DNA of 64,000 nt from an uncultured Acidobacteriota bacterium (GCA_963804995.1 CAWDSK010000006.1:128001-192000), one strand, 5' to 3'. Counted from the first letter of the stretch, positions 33,309-42,842 are shown. The notes: generated by a model from the letters alone, not told the origin. Program-made: numbers and translations.

Positions 33309-34412
33309 TCAATGCGGAAACACCCGCACGTCGATCCCTTCCGCAGCGCGAATCAGCCGATCCAGGGGGCCACCCAGGAAGCGATCCCACCAATGTTCCC
33401 GGCTGGGGTGACCCAAGAATATCTGCGTAATCCTGTGGGTGCGGGCAAAATCCATCAGAGTTTCAACGGGGTCATCTCCGTCCAGGGCAGCGGTTTCCGC
33501 TCCCAGGAGCCGCGCACTTGCCAGGCGCTCTTCGAGGAGGGCTTCATCCTTCTCGCTTAACCGGTCATGGCGAACATAGACGGTGAAAAGTTCCCCGTGA
33601 AACCGGTCGACGTTGCGCCTTCCGCTGGCGATCATGGCTTGGGCATTGGAGGCGGGAGTGAGGCACACCAGGATGCGTTCCTGCGTCCCCCAAAGTTGCT
33701 CAATACCATGAGCAAGCAAATAACCCTCAAGCTGCTTATCCACCACCTCCGCGGCCAGAAGCAGGGCGATCTCGCGCAGCTCGGAGAGCCGCCGCGGGGC
33801 GTCCGCTGCAGACGGATCAGCCGTGGTCGGTTGCCCGGCGCGTTCCAGCAGAAGTTCGGGCGGGACATCGACGATAACGATCTCGTCGGCGGCATAGAGA
33901 AACCGCTCCGGGACCGTCTCCTTGACGCGTTTGCCGGTGATTCTCTCGACGTCTTCGCCGCGCTCTTCAATATGCTGGAGGTTGAGGGCGGTAATAACGA
34001 TGATTCCAGCCGCCAGCAGTTCTTCCACGTCCTGCCAACGCTTGGGGTTCTTGCTGCCAGGAGGATTGTCGTAAGCGACGCCGTCCACAAGACAAACCTG
34101 GGGGCGTCGGCGGAGGATGGCCTCCACATCCATCGCCTCTCCATCCCCGATTTTCTTGAGGGGAATGACTTCCAACGTCTCAACCAGTCGCTCGAGGTCG
34201 GGGGTCAAGTGCGGCTGGATGGCGCCAATCACTACATCTTGGCCTCGCGCGCGGCGCCGCCGGCCTTCATCCAGCATCCGAAATGATTTACCCACTCCTG
34301 AGGCATACCCCAGGAAGACCTTTAAGCGCTCATGCTGAAGTTGTTCGCCCTGCGCGTCCAATTGTTTGAGGAGTAGCTCAGGATCAGGTCGACGGTCGTA
34401 ATCGTTCTGCAT
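33309..34412 (-). CDS. kdpD: KdpD N-terminal (KdpD domain + USP) protein, copy 2, divergent
   Basis: RPDPELLL, LKVFLGYASGVGKS, LVDGVAYDN, KRWQDVEELL, LREIAL, ERILVCL. Confidence 0.85.
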   Translation of the reverse strand: MQNDYDRRPDPELLLKQLDAQGEQLQHERLKVFLGYASGVGKSFRMLDEGRRRRARGQDVVIGAIQPHLTPDLERLVETLEVIPLKKIGDGEAMDVEAILRRRPQVCLVDGVAYDNPPGSKNPKRWQDVEELLAAGIIVITALNLQHIEERGEDVERITGKRVKETVPERFLYAADEIVIVDVPPELLLERAGQPTTADPSAADAPRRLSELREIALLLAAEVVDKQLEGYLLAHGIEQLWGTQERILVCLTPASNAQAMIASGRRNVDRFHGELFTVYVRHDRLSEKDEALLEERLASARLLGAETAALDGDDPVETLMDFARTHRITQIFLGHPSREHWWDRFLGGPLDRLIRAAEGIDVRVFPH

Positions 34413-34776
34413 AGGCGCGAATGCCTCTCAGAAGAAGTGTACTATTGAGGCCAATTGCTAACAAGGTCTGTGCGAGTTTACTTGCGGGTCAGTGTCTCCA
34501 GTTTTCGGACAGGCGTATTGCATTCCTCCTCTTGCGCAGCAGGTAACAAACGCGGACTGGAAAGCTTAGCACGGCAGAATCGCATGTGAAAAGTCATAGG
34601 AAAATAACGCATGAAGGTGGGGAAGTAAGTGGGACCTCGCTCGCTATGCCCCGCGGAGAGCAACATGTGGGACAAGTTCCACCATGACAAAAAGTCGCGG
34701 GCCTGCAAGAATAGCGACGGGAGATCGCAGACCCCAAAAGACGGGGGTCTGCGCCAGCCCCGATGATGGGGTGTGG

Positions 34777-35202
34777 CTACCTGTTGCCCTTTTGCCTTCT
34801 GCGCATTTCCGCAAACTGTTTTTCTTCCAACTGGCCGGCGGGACATTGTGGGTCGTGGATAAACTTGCCCATGATGCTTCCTTCTTCCAGGCAGACGGTG
34901 CATTCCATGCGGTAGCTCTCCCCGCCGTCGTCTGCGGGCAGCATGCGGTAAGGGTTTTCCAGCCTGAACTGGCGCATCTTTCTAATCTCACGCCAAGTAC
35001 CGAGGCGGCTCCAGGCTTTGACTTTACGATTACGATACGCTCCGCCCGTCCATATTCGGTGCAACCAGAATAATGGCGCGAGAGGGATCGCGACCAGGAA
35101 CGTAGGTATGAAAGCCAGCCGCCCCCAGCTTTGGCCTTTGCTGCGAGCCCTATCGGCAATCGCCGTGAGGGCTAACCAAGTTCGCTTTTTGGCGTCCATC
35201 AT
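34777..35202 (-). CDS. Hypothetical protein (hydrophobic N-terminus, CxxC...H-x3-C possible Zn site)
   Basis: GAGGT RBS; 141 aa; stop TAG lies within a GTAGCCAC motif. Confidence 0.55.
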   Translation of the reverse strand: MMDAKKRTWLALTAIADRARSKGQSWGRLAFIPTFLVAIPLAPLFWLHRIWTGGAYRNRKVKAWSRLGTWREIRKMRQFRLENPYRMLPADDGGESYRMECTVCLEEGSIMGKFIHDPQCPAGQLEEKQFAEMRRRQKGNR

Positions 35203-35234
35203 GAATCCGGATACCTCACCACGGAGCGGATGTC

Positions 35235-35386
35235 GGTAGCCACGGTCAGCGCTGTTCTGACGGTGGGTTCTTTCGTAGAAACCGGAGGCCTAACCGTCAG
35301 GAAGAGTTGAACCCGGCACCTGTCGGCCGCTGGGGTATCGGGCATGAGAAAAGCCCACGGTCAGAACGGCACTGACCGTGGCTACC
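35235..35386. repeat. GTAG-type REP doublet, site 2 (same family as 26492-26609)
   Basis: GGTAGCCACGGTCAG...CTGACGGTGG and CCACGGTCAG...CTGACCGTGGCTACC; 27-nt ATCGGGCATGAGAAAAGCCCACGGTCA identical to site 1. Confidence 0.88.
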
Positions 35387-35681
35387 CCCCCGTCTCTTCT
35401 TGCTCAATCGTGACGCTGCGACCGTCCGGAAAGTGAATCCAGACACACAGAATATGAAGAACGGGTATGCGCGCATGCACGCCATTGCGGAAAAAGTATT
35501 CGGTGCATCCGGTCACCACTTTGACTGCTCCCCCGTCAAACCAATGGTCGAATTCGCCTGGGAGATCTCCGGGCAGTGGTCGGTTACGCAAATTGCGCGC
35601 GCCATGAATCATTTCGAGCACCTCGGCAACTTCATGCTCATCGACGCGCCGCCGGAATAGCTCCGTGGGGTCCTGAGTCAT
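35382..35681 (-). CDS. Hypothetical protein
   Basis: GGAGGAG RBS; 99 aa; stop TAG lies within the REP GTAG. Confidence 0.6.
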   Translation of the reverse strand: MTQDPTELFRRRVDEHEVAEVLEMIHGARNLRNRPLPGDLPGEFDHWFDGGAVKVVTGCTEYFFRNGVHARIPVLHILCVWIHFPDGRSVTIEQEETGG

Positions 35682-35737
35682 AGATCATTCTCCTCCATTA
35701 CCCTTGCTTTCATAGGAGGTAGCCACGCTGGCTGGCG

Positions 35738-37650
35738 GTTGCGGTAGGGATACCGGTTACCCGGTACCCCCCGCACGGATCCGTACGTGCGCTGGTTAGC
35801 GCATACGGCTCTTATCTCGGATGTGTGGCGGCGAACCGTTGGGATGGCCAAGGATGCACAACGTGCGGAGCAGGCAACCAGCAGGCCGCAAGCTTCCCCA
35901 GTCGGTCCCAGTTGAGGCGGTGGCGTTGACTGCGTTGACGCAGTTGTGTTCGCCACAGTCGGGTCAACCGTTCCCGAAAGATTCGCAGGCGGTCGAGGTT
36001 TCCCGGTACCGCGTGATAGTTGAAGTAGCCTTGCACGACCGACCGGAGCCATTTACCCGTATCCGCGATGGGATCGTGCCGACGCTGCCGGAGTTGTTGC
36101 TTGAGTTCCTGCAACTTCCCCCGCAGGCGCTTGCTGATCGTCTTCCGCTTCACGGTAAATTGCCCCCTCCGGTTCTTCCCGCTGATATGCGTGAAGCCCA
36201 GAAAGTCGAACGTCTCCGGCTTACCTTCTCCTCTCCGTTTCCGGTAAAGTTCGGCAAACGGCCCGAACTCGATCCGGCGCGTTTTGTCAGGATGCAGTTC
36301 CAATCCAAACTTCCCCACCCGCTCCCGGAAATCCTCCAGAAAGCGGTCGGCTTCCGTCTGCGATTGGAATCCAAGGACCGTATCGTCGGCATACCGCACC
36401 ACGACCACGTCTCCCCGGGCGTGCTTCTTGCGCCACGCCTGCACCCACAGGTCAAAGACGTAGTGCAGATAGATATTCGCCAGCAGGGGCGAGACCACCG
36501 CCCCTTGTGGCGTACCCATCTCCGTCTCCGACCATTCGCCTTCCTCCCTCACCCCGGCTTTCAGCCATTTCTGGATGAGCCGGAGAATCCGGGGGTCGGC
36601 GACGCGATGCTGCACGAACTTGAGCATCCATTCGTGGGATATCGAATCGAAAAATCCACGAATGTCCGCGTCAAGAACGTAGTTCACGTGCTTCACCGTG
36701 AGCGCGTACGAGAGCGCGTCCAGCGCTTGATGCTGGCTGCATCCCGGTCGAAAGCCATACGAGAAGCCCAGAAAGTCTTCCTCGTAAATCGCATTGAGGA
36801 TGGTGACCACGGCCTGTTGGACGATCTTGTCCTCCAGTGCCGCAACCCCCAACGGACGTTGCCGCCCGTCGCCTTTCGGGATATACGCCCTTCGCGAGGG
36901 CTTCGCTCGGAATGCTCCGCGGTGGACCCGGCTGTGCAGATCGACGAGTCGACCTTCCAGCCCGCTTTCATACTCCTGCCACGTCATGCCGTCTACTCCC
37001 GGTGCAGCTTTTCGCTTCAAGGCGTAAAAGCTTTCCCGCAGCAGATCGACCGTTAAGTGGTGGAGCAAGGCCGTGAACTTCATCTCCCTGTGTTCCTTCG
37101 CGGCTTTCCGCACACCCGCGAGTCCCTGGGACACGCGTGCCCCGCTCTGTGTCGGGTGCGTGTTAGGCCAACGGGTGTTCTCCTTGATCAGCGGCCTTCC
37201 CTCCTCATTCTCCGCCAACGGCTTCCCGTCTTTGTTCAAATGATTCATCGGTACTGTTCCGCTGTCCGACTCCTCGAAAGCGTGCAGGCGGGCTGTACGG
37301 CCATCGCCTTTTCCCGCCGTCCGGCCACGATCTACGGCGGCCGGCGCCTCCGAGGTCTCCCGGTTCTCGTGCAGAAAGTGTCTAGGCGTGTCTGGGGTCT
37401 ACGACTACGCAGGACTGTGCCGGAACTCGCGTTGGCGTCCCGGCCTCATGTTGCCTTCCGTTTAGTCTGAAAACGTCGGCGTCCTGATTGGACATTTTCG
37501 AAGCTCAATACCCAGCCCACCTATTCCCCTGTTTACGCTTCACCGTGCGCCTCACGACGCCCAGCGCAAAACTCGGGGCCGAGTGGATCGCTGCTCCTTC
37601 CTCGTGAGAAATTTTCATTCTCTGCTTTCTGCCGGTTTATCCCGGCGCAC
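35738..37650 (-). mobile_element. Group II intron, full length (~1.9 kb)
   Basis: 5' GTGCGCCGGGATAAACCGGC; domain V GAGCCGTATGCGCTAACCAGCGCACGTACGGATC; 3' CCCTACCGCAAC; removing it restores the repeat GGGGTCTG|CGCCAGC. Confidence 0.93.
35812..37248 (-). CDS. ltrA: Group II intron reverse transcriptase/maturase, no endonuclease domain
   Basis: APGVDG, YIPKGDGRQRPLG, FSYGFRP, DADIRGFFD, GTPQG, RYADD, FDFLGF; ends after domain X. Confidence 0.96.
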   Translation of the reverse strand: MNHLNKDGKPLAENEEGRPLIKENTRWPNTHPTQSGARVSQGLAGVRKAAKEHREMKFTALLHHLTVDLLRESFYALKRKAAPGVDGMTWQEYESGLEGRLVDLHSRVHRGAFRAKPSRRAYIPKGDGRQRPLGVAALEDKIVQQAVVTILNAIYEEDFLGFSYGFRPGCSQHQALDALSYALTVKHVNYVLDADIRGFFDSISHEWMLKFVQHRVADPRILRLIQKWLKAGVREEGEWSETEMGTPQGAVVSPLLANIYLHYVFDLWVQAWRKKHARGDVVVVRYADDTVLGFQSQTEADRFLEDFRERVGKFGLELHPDKTRRIEFGPFAELYRKRRGEGKPETFDFLGFTHISGKNRRGQFTVKRKTISKRLRGKLQELKQQLRQRRHDPIADTGKWLRSVVQGYFNYHAVPGNLDRLRIFRERLTRLWRTQLRQRSQRHRLNWDRLGKLAACWLPAPHVVHPWPSQRFAATHPR

Positions 37651-37734
37651 CAGACCCCCGCCTTTTGGGGTCTGCGTTCTCCCGCAGGGATTCTCCTCGG
37701 TCTCGGGATTACCTTAGAGTATACTCCCCGCGCC

Positions 37735-38010
37735 ATGCCTCTCTACAAGCGTACCTGGTGCCGAAAGATGCTCACGCGTCTGCAGTTGCCTCCCAGCGTC
37801 CATGATGAATCACACTATCGGCTCTGGCAGCGCCGGTTCTACCCTTTCAGTGTTTTTACTGAAAAGAAACGCCAGGAAAAATTGAAGTACATGCACAACA
37901 ATCCCGTGAAGCGCGGGCTGGTCAGTTCCCCGGAAAATTGGCCGTGGTCGAGCTGGAGATTTTACTTCTTGCAGGATACGTCGATCCTCAGGATGGACAG
38001 GTTGGGTTGA
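37735..38010 (+). pseudogene. Internally deleted REP-associated tyrosine transposase (RAYT / Y1 HUH family)
   Basis: LWQRRFY...YMHNNPVKRGLV..PENWPWSS C-terminus fused directly to MPLYKR; HUH region missing; flanked by inverted GCAGACCCC...GGGGTCTGCG REPs (37651-37690, 38030-38076). Confidence 0.8.
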
Positions 38011-38083
38011 GCCCTGAGTTCTATGAAATCCCTTGCGGGAGATCGCAGACCCCAAAGGGCAGGGGTCTGCGCCAGCCACTCGC

Positions 38084-39505
38084 TTAAAGCAATACCGCGG
38101 CTGCAAAGGTCCGGCCGGCGTTCATCAAAAAGTGCTCGACGATGGGGCCCACGGCGAAGGCGGGCAGGAAGGTCAGCGCGGCCACAATGATGATGGTGCC
38201 GACCAGGAGCAGTGAAAACTGTAGATCGTGGGTCGGCATCGTCCCACTGGTTACGGGCGTCTTGGGCTTGAGGGCCAGGCTGCCGGCGATGGCCAGCACC
38301 GGGATGATGATCAAGAACCGCCCGGCCAGCATCGCCAATCCCAGCGTGAGGTTGTACCAGGGAGTATTGGCATTGAGCCCGGCAAAGGAACTTCCGTTGT
38401 TCCCCGTGGCGCTCGCATAGGCATATAAGATTTCGCTGAATCCGTGGGGACCGCGGTTGGCAAGGTTGGCGGTGGGCGCTCCGGGTGGGTTCAGGTAGGA
38501 GGCAGGGCGAAATCCCATCAGGGTGCTCGCAGCCGCCATGAGCAGGATACAGGCGGAGCAGGCGATCATGGCCAGCATCACCATCTTCATCTCCCGCGCC
38601 ATGATTTTCTTTCCCAGGTATTCAGGGGTTCGGCCCACCATCAGCCCACCCACAAATACGGCCACCAGGGTGATGAGCAGCATTCCGTACAAACCCGACC
38701 CCGGCCCGCCGAAGATCACCTCACCACACTTCATGTTGAACATCTGAACCAGCCCGCTGAGCGGCGTGTAGCTGTCGTGCATGCTGTTGACCGCTCCCGA
38801 ACTCGTGGCGGTACTCACCACGGAAAAGAGGGCTGAACCCGCAATCCCAAAGCGCACTTCCTTGCCTTCAAAATTGCCGCCGGGATTCGTGGCGCTCGCG
38901 GATGGGTCCACACCCTGCTGCCCCAGGAGCGGATTGCCACGTTGCTCCATCGAGTAGGCAATTATGCTTCCGGCCGCCAGCAGGCTGAACATTACGAAAA
39001 ACAGCGCCCAGCCCTGACGGCGGTCGCGCACCATTCGGCCGAACGTGTGAGTCAGCCCGGCGGGAATCGCCAGGATCAGGAGCATCTCCAAAAAGTTCGT
39101 AAAGGGAGTGGGATTCTCAAAGGGGTGGGCGGAACTGGCATTGAAGAACCCCCCTCCATCGGAACTGAGGAGCTTGATCGACTCCTGGGAAGCGACCGGG
39201 CCCCCCGGAATCATCTGCGCACCGCCCTCCAGCGTTTCGAAAGTCTGCCAGCGTTGCAGAATGTAGAAGAGGAGGAAATTCCAGAGGCCAAAGGCCAGGC
39301 ACGCGGCGGCATACTGGGTCCAGCGCTGCTCTCTTTCTCTTATGCCCGCCAGCTTGTATATAAGATTTTCGAGGGGCAATAATAAGGGCGAGAGCCAAGT
39401 GCGCCGGCCTTCAAAAACCCGCGCCATGTAAGCGCCCAGGGGCTTGGTGATGACCAGTAGCAACAGGAAGAAGAAGAGCAACTGTGCCAGGCCAATCTGA
39501 TTCAT
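38084..39505 (-). CDS. kdpA: Second KdpA paralogue with an in-frame deletion of ~130 aa
   Basis: [48 protein letters not shown]; 473 aa versus 604 aa for the upstream copy. Confidence 0.85.
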   Translation of the reverse strand: MNQIGLAQLLFFFLLLLVITKPLGAYMARVFEGRRTWLSPLLLPLENLIYKLAGIREREQRWTQYAAACLAFGLWNFLLFYILQRWQTFETLEGGAQMIPGGPVASQESIKLLSSDGGGFFNASSAHPFENPTPFTNFLEMLLILAIPAGLTHTFGRMVRDRRQGWALFFVMFSLLAAGSIIAYSMEQRGNPLLGQQGVDPSASATNPGGNFEGKEVRFGIAGSALFSVVSTATSSGAVNSMHDSYTPLSGLVQMFNMKCGEVIFGGPGSGLYGMLLITLVAVFVGGLMVGRTPEYLGKKIMAREMKMVMLAMIACSACILLMAAASTLMGFRPASYLNPPGAPTANLANRGPHGFSEILYAYASATGNNGSSFAGLNANTPWYNLTLGLAMLAGRFLIIIPVLAIAGSLALKPKTPVTSGTMPTHDLQFSLLLVGTIIIVAALTFLPAFAVGPIVEHFLMNAGRTFAAAVLL

Positions 39506-39686
39506 GGCGGGTTGTCTCACCTCAAGGCTTGCTAAAGAGAACGAAAAATTGGGCCTGCCGCTAGCACAAATTCTTCGTGACAGGTTTGGAAGGGCAGGGC
39601 TAAACAGGTTGCGGAAAAAGCCGTTGGAGCTGCCATTATCAACACCACCCCTTCATCTCCTGCTCAGCACCAACCCTTTATCTTGT

Positions 39687-40048
39687 CAGCACCACCCCGG
39701 CGCTCGGCGCGCCACCCCTCCTGATTTAGGAGGGGTGGCGCCGGAGGTGACGGGGTGGTTATTCGAATCCGCCGGGCGGCGTGAGGCAACCATCAGCACC
39801 ACCCCGGCGCTCGGCGCGCCACCCCTCCTCATCTGAGGAGGGGAGTGTTTTTCAGAACTCCCCTCCTGATTTAGGAGGGGTGGCGCCGGAGGTGACGGGG
39901 TGGTTATTCGATCCGCCGGGCGGCGTGAGGCAACCATCAGCACCACCCCGGCGCTCGGCGCGCCACCCCTCCTCATCTGAGGAGGGGAGTTCTGGAACAA
40001 CTTCCCTCCTGATTTCCGTGGCGCCTTGGGTGACGGGGTGGTTATTCG
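39687..40048. repeat. Three tandem copies of a ~110-145-bp palindromic repeat
   Basis: cagcaccaccccggcgctcggcgcgccacccctcct at 39687, 39794 and 39938. Confidence 0.9.
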
Positions 40049-40083
40049 CATTGCGGTGTTTTCAGCAGCCTGTAGAGTCCCGC

Positions 40084-42168
40084 TTAGAATTTAACCAGGA
40101 TATCGATATCGACGATGTTCTCCGTCCTGCGAAGATCCGGATACCAGACGCCGACTGCGCCGCATCCCCCGATGGTTGGGGACGGCGTGCCGTCGTTGCA
40201 GGCGTATTGGCTGGGGAAACCGTTATTGGTACCCGAAGGAGGTGTAATCCCTCCTGAACCTGACCAATACGGTACATTCGCGTGGCGATGATCAAACTCC
40301 CACCGGAACGTGATGTACTGCTTGGGCATCCAGTCAAAAGTGATGGAACCGTCCCAGGCTTTGAACGGGTCCCCGGGATTCTCCGTAAAGTAAGGTGAAT
40401 TGAGGGCTGCGGAAGCGGCTGATTCTCCATTGATGGGCGGGAGCAACACCAGATAGCGTCCCGGATTGTTGATCTGGCCGCCCCCGAGCGTCAGCGCATA
40501 CAAGTCCTTTTTGAACCAGAACCGGTTGTAGAGCATATAGCCGACGAAACTCTGCTTGGGACCGTTCACTGTATTGCCATGGCAACTCACACCACCGCCA
40601 AATTCGCAACCCAGATCACCGGTGAAGGTGAACGCCATCTTGTCCAGGGTTTTGAGCGGCTTGTCGTAGTATTTGACCTCCACGCTGTCGTCAGTGTGGA
40701 TGCGGCCGCGGTTTGGTATATACAGATCATCGTGGCCCAGGGTGTAATTGTTGGAAATGATGTTCATCCAAGGTTTGGGAGTCCATTTAATCTGCCCTCC
40801 CAGGCCGGGCCGGTGGTTGGCTGAGCCGTACGCCTGCCACCCATTGGTGAACCATGGCTCAATTTTCAGGTGCGCCGTGGGGAAAATCTGGATGCGCACG
40901 CCATTGAAGAACCACGGTGTGTTGGAGGAAACGTACGAAGGTTGGTAGGCCCAATTGTCGAAGTTGTAGTAGCTGAAGAGGCCGACATAGGACATGAAAA
41001 TTCCGGCATCAACGTTAATCCCGTGCAGAACATCGAAATGGTATCCCCCGTAAGCCTCCGAAACGTAGCGGTAAGCATTGGCGAGATCCCATTGACCGTT
41101 GGCGGGGCTCGGGTCATTGCGCGGGGTGGTTACGGAATACATGCCAAACTGGGTCATCAAGCGGGCGCGAACGTTGTCATAGTGAAAGTCGCCGCCCACG
41201 CCGAGCTGCTCCACCTGGACTTCATTGGAGCGGAAGATTTCACTCGACCCGCCCATCGAGTGGTCTTTGGGATGGTTGAAATCGGAGGTATAGGTAATGT
41301 CAGCTCGGATCTCGGGCGTAAAGAATTTCGAGTCCCAGTAAATATCTTTGGTGCGGGGGTTGCCGTTCAGCCAGCTCCAGTCGGCGTCTGAAAAGGGTTC
41401 CACCTTTTTGGGTTTCTCGGGGGTCGTCTCCTGCGAGGGCATAACCGCAGCCCCGACCGCAGGGGAAGCGGTGGGCGGAGTGGCGGCCAGTGGCGTCACG
41501 GCGATGGGCGTGAGTAAAGGCGCCTTGGGCTTTTCTGGCGGCTTCGAGCCTGCAGTTCCTTCCAGCGAAGCTACAAGTATGGGCGCGGCTGGGGAAGCAG
41601 GCGGGTTGACGCCTTTCTCCGGTGCAGCGACAGGGGAGGGCTGGGTCGAGATTGATGCCTGGGTGGCCGGCTTAGCTTCCTTGGCTTCCAAAACCGCCAG
41701 GCGTTGCTCCAATTGGTTGAGCCGATCGAGCAATTGCCTTTCCCGCGCGGTCAGGGGTTCATTGCCCGGGTTGTCGGTTAGCGGATTTGCAGGTGTGTCA
41801 GCGGTGCGAGCCGAAACAGTCGATCCCTTGGGACCCGTCGGAACCCGGAGAGCGAGGTCAATCAGAACGCTCTGCTGTGCCGCCAGTTCGACGGTGGTCA
41901 CAGGGGAGCTTCCGAATCCCTCTTTACTTGCCGTCAATTGGTAATGCCCCGGTTTGAGATTCGCAACCAGGAAAGCTCCACGGTCATTGCTGACGAGGCT
42001 ACGCTCGTTGTTCTCGTCCAGACTGCGCACCACGACTTGCACTCCCGGCAACGGCAATCCGGCGTCGCCGCGTGTAACCCCCTGGAGCCCGCCGAGCCTC
42101 GATTGGCCGAATGCCAGAGATGATGAAAGTGCTACCATCAATGCGCAAAGGCTGCTGATTCTCACCAT
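40084..42168 (-). CDS. Outer-membrane beta-barrel protein (BBP2/DUF1597-like) with N-terminal carboxypeptidase-regulatory-like domain
   Basis: GGAGG RBS, signal peptide, G..LPGVQV...G.F....LKPGHYQLTASKEGF, Pro/Ala linker, DAGIFMSYVG, C-terminal Phe. Confidence 0.8.
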   Translation of the reverse strand: MVRISSLCALMVALSSSLAFGQSRLGGLQGVTRGDAGLPLPGVQVVVRSLDENNERSLVSNDRGAFLVANLKPGHYQLTASKEGFGSSPVTTVELAAQQSVLIDLALRVPTGPKGSTVSARTADTPANPLTDNPGNEPLTARERQLLDRLNQLEQRLAVLEAKEAKPATQASISTQPSPVAAPEKGVNPPASPAAPILVASLEGTAGSKPPEKPKAPLLTPIAVTPLAATPPTASPAVGAAVMPSQETTPEKPKKVEPFSDADWSWLNGNPRTKDIYWDSKFFTPEIRADITYTSDFNHPKDHSMGGSSEIFRSNEVQVEQLGVGGDFHYDNVRARLMTQFGMYSVTTPRNDPSPANGQWDLANAYRYVSEAYGGYHFDVLHGINVDAGIFMSYVGLFSYYNFDNWAYQPSYVSSNTPWFFNGVRIQIFPTAHLKIEPWFTNGWQAYGSANHRPGLGGQIKWTPKPWMNIISNNYTLGHDDLYIPNRGRIHTDDSVEVKYYDKPLKTLDKMAFTFTGDLGCEFGGGVSCHGNTVNGPKQSFVGYMLYNRFWFKKDLYALTLGGGQINNPGRYLVLLPPINGESAASAALNSPYFTENPGDPFKAWDGSITFDWMPKQYITFRWEFDHRHANVPYWSGSGGITPPSGTNNGFPSQYACNDGTPSPTIGGCGAVGVWYPDLRRTENIVDIDILVKF

Positions 42169-42292
42169 GGAAATAACCTCCCTGTGTAAATCCGCAAGCT
42201 TCTGGTGATCCCCCAAGCCCTTCTTAGTCAGGATACAAAACTCCACATCAAGAACGTCTAAATGGGCTGGTGTCTCAGTTTGAATCTCCATC

Positions 42293-42511
42293 TTAGAGTT
42301 TTTCCCGAACGAACTCGACCAGGACGTACCCGATGAGCGCGGCCATCACAGCAATTACAAAATTCTCCGTGGTAAAAATATCTCCGATAGCCCAAATCAA
42401 GCCCATTTTCTGCCCCATACCTGAGCGGCCAAATTCCCCCATCAAAAGATTGGAGTAAAACAGGAATATAATGAAACCTGCCTCGATTATCGCACGCCAA
42501 GCCTTTTTCAT
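42293..42511 (-). CDS. Small two-TM membrane protein
   Basis: MKKAWRAIIEAGFIIFLFYSNLLMGEF...LIGYVLVEFVREKL. Confidence 0.7.
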   Translation of the reverse strand: MKKAWRAIIEAGFIIFLFYSNLLMGEFGRSGMGQKMGLIWAIGDIFTTENFVIAVMAALIGYVLVEFVREKL

Positions 42512-42561
42512 CGTTGTCCAGCCCGGACAAAATTCAAACTGAGACACTACCCTAAATGGGT

Positions 42562-42578
42562 AATAAGGATTCCATAAA
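42562..42578 (-). promoter_or_regulatory. Putative KdpE-like tandem site
   Basis: Minus strand TTTATG-gaatc-CTTATT, 11-bp period; matches the motif at 48183-48199. Confidence 0.45.
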
Positions 42579-42842
42579 TGACGGAACCCACCGGTTAGTT
42601 CGAAATCAGAAGTTCAAAAATCCAGAACCCATCTAAGTGCTGTCCTGAGAATGAGTTGTCCCGTGCAAATCGAGCTTCGTGCAAGTTGGATTTATGCCAT
42701 GCAATCTACCGGAACTGCACGGGTCACCCTTAAATTCACGATTTTCGCGAATTCGCGGGTTTTTCAACTTACGGATTCGCGGTTGGTCCTGAAGGGCACA
42801 CGAAGAACCCTCGGCCAGATACGTCGTGATGGTGACTCGGAA

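Noticed and set aside
26492..35386. Classical integron attC sites
   Set aside because: No RYYYAAC/GTTRRRY cores at the site ends and no integron integrase in the window; ends are GGTAG/CTACC.
35812..37248. Retron, DGR or defence-associated RT
   Set aside because: Flanked by complete group II intron RNA domains; no template/variable repeat pair seen.
35821..37470. Plus-strand ORFs of 411 and 137 aa
   Set aside because: Antisense shadows of the intron RT.
39687..40048. Possible CRISPR array
   Set aside because: The sequences between repeats are themselves repeated; this is a tandem palindromic repeat.
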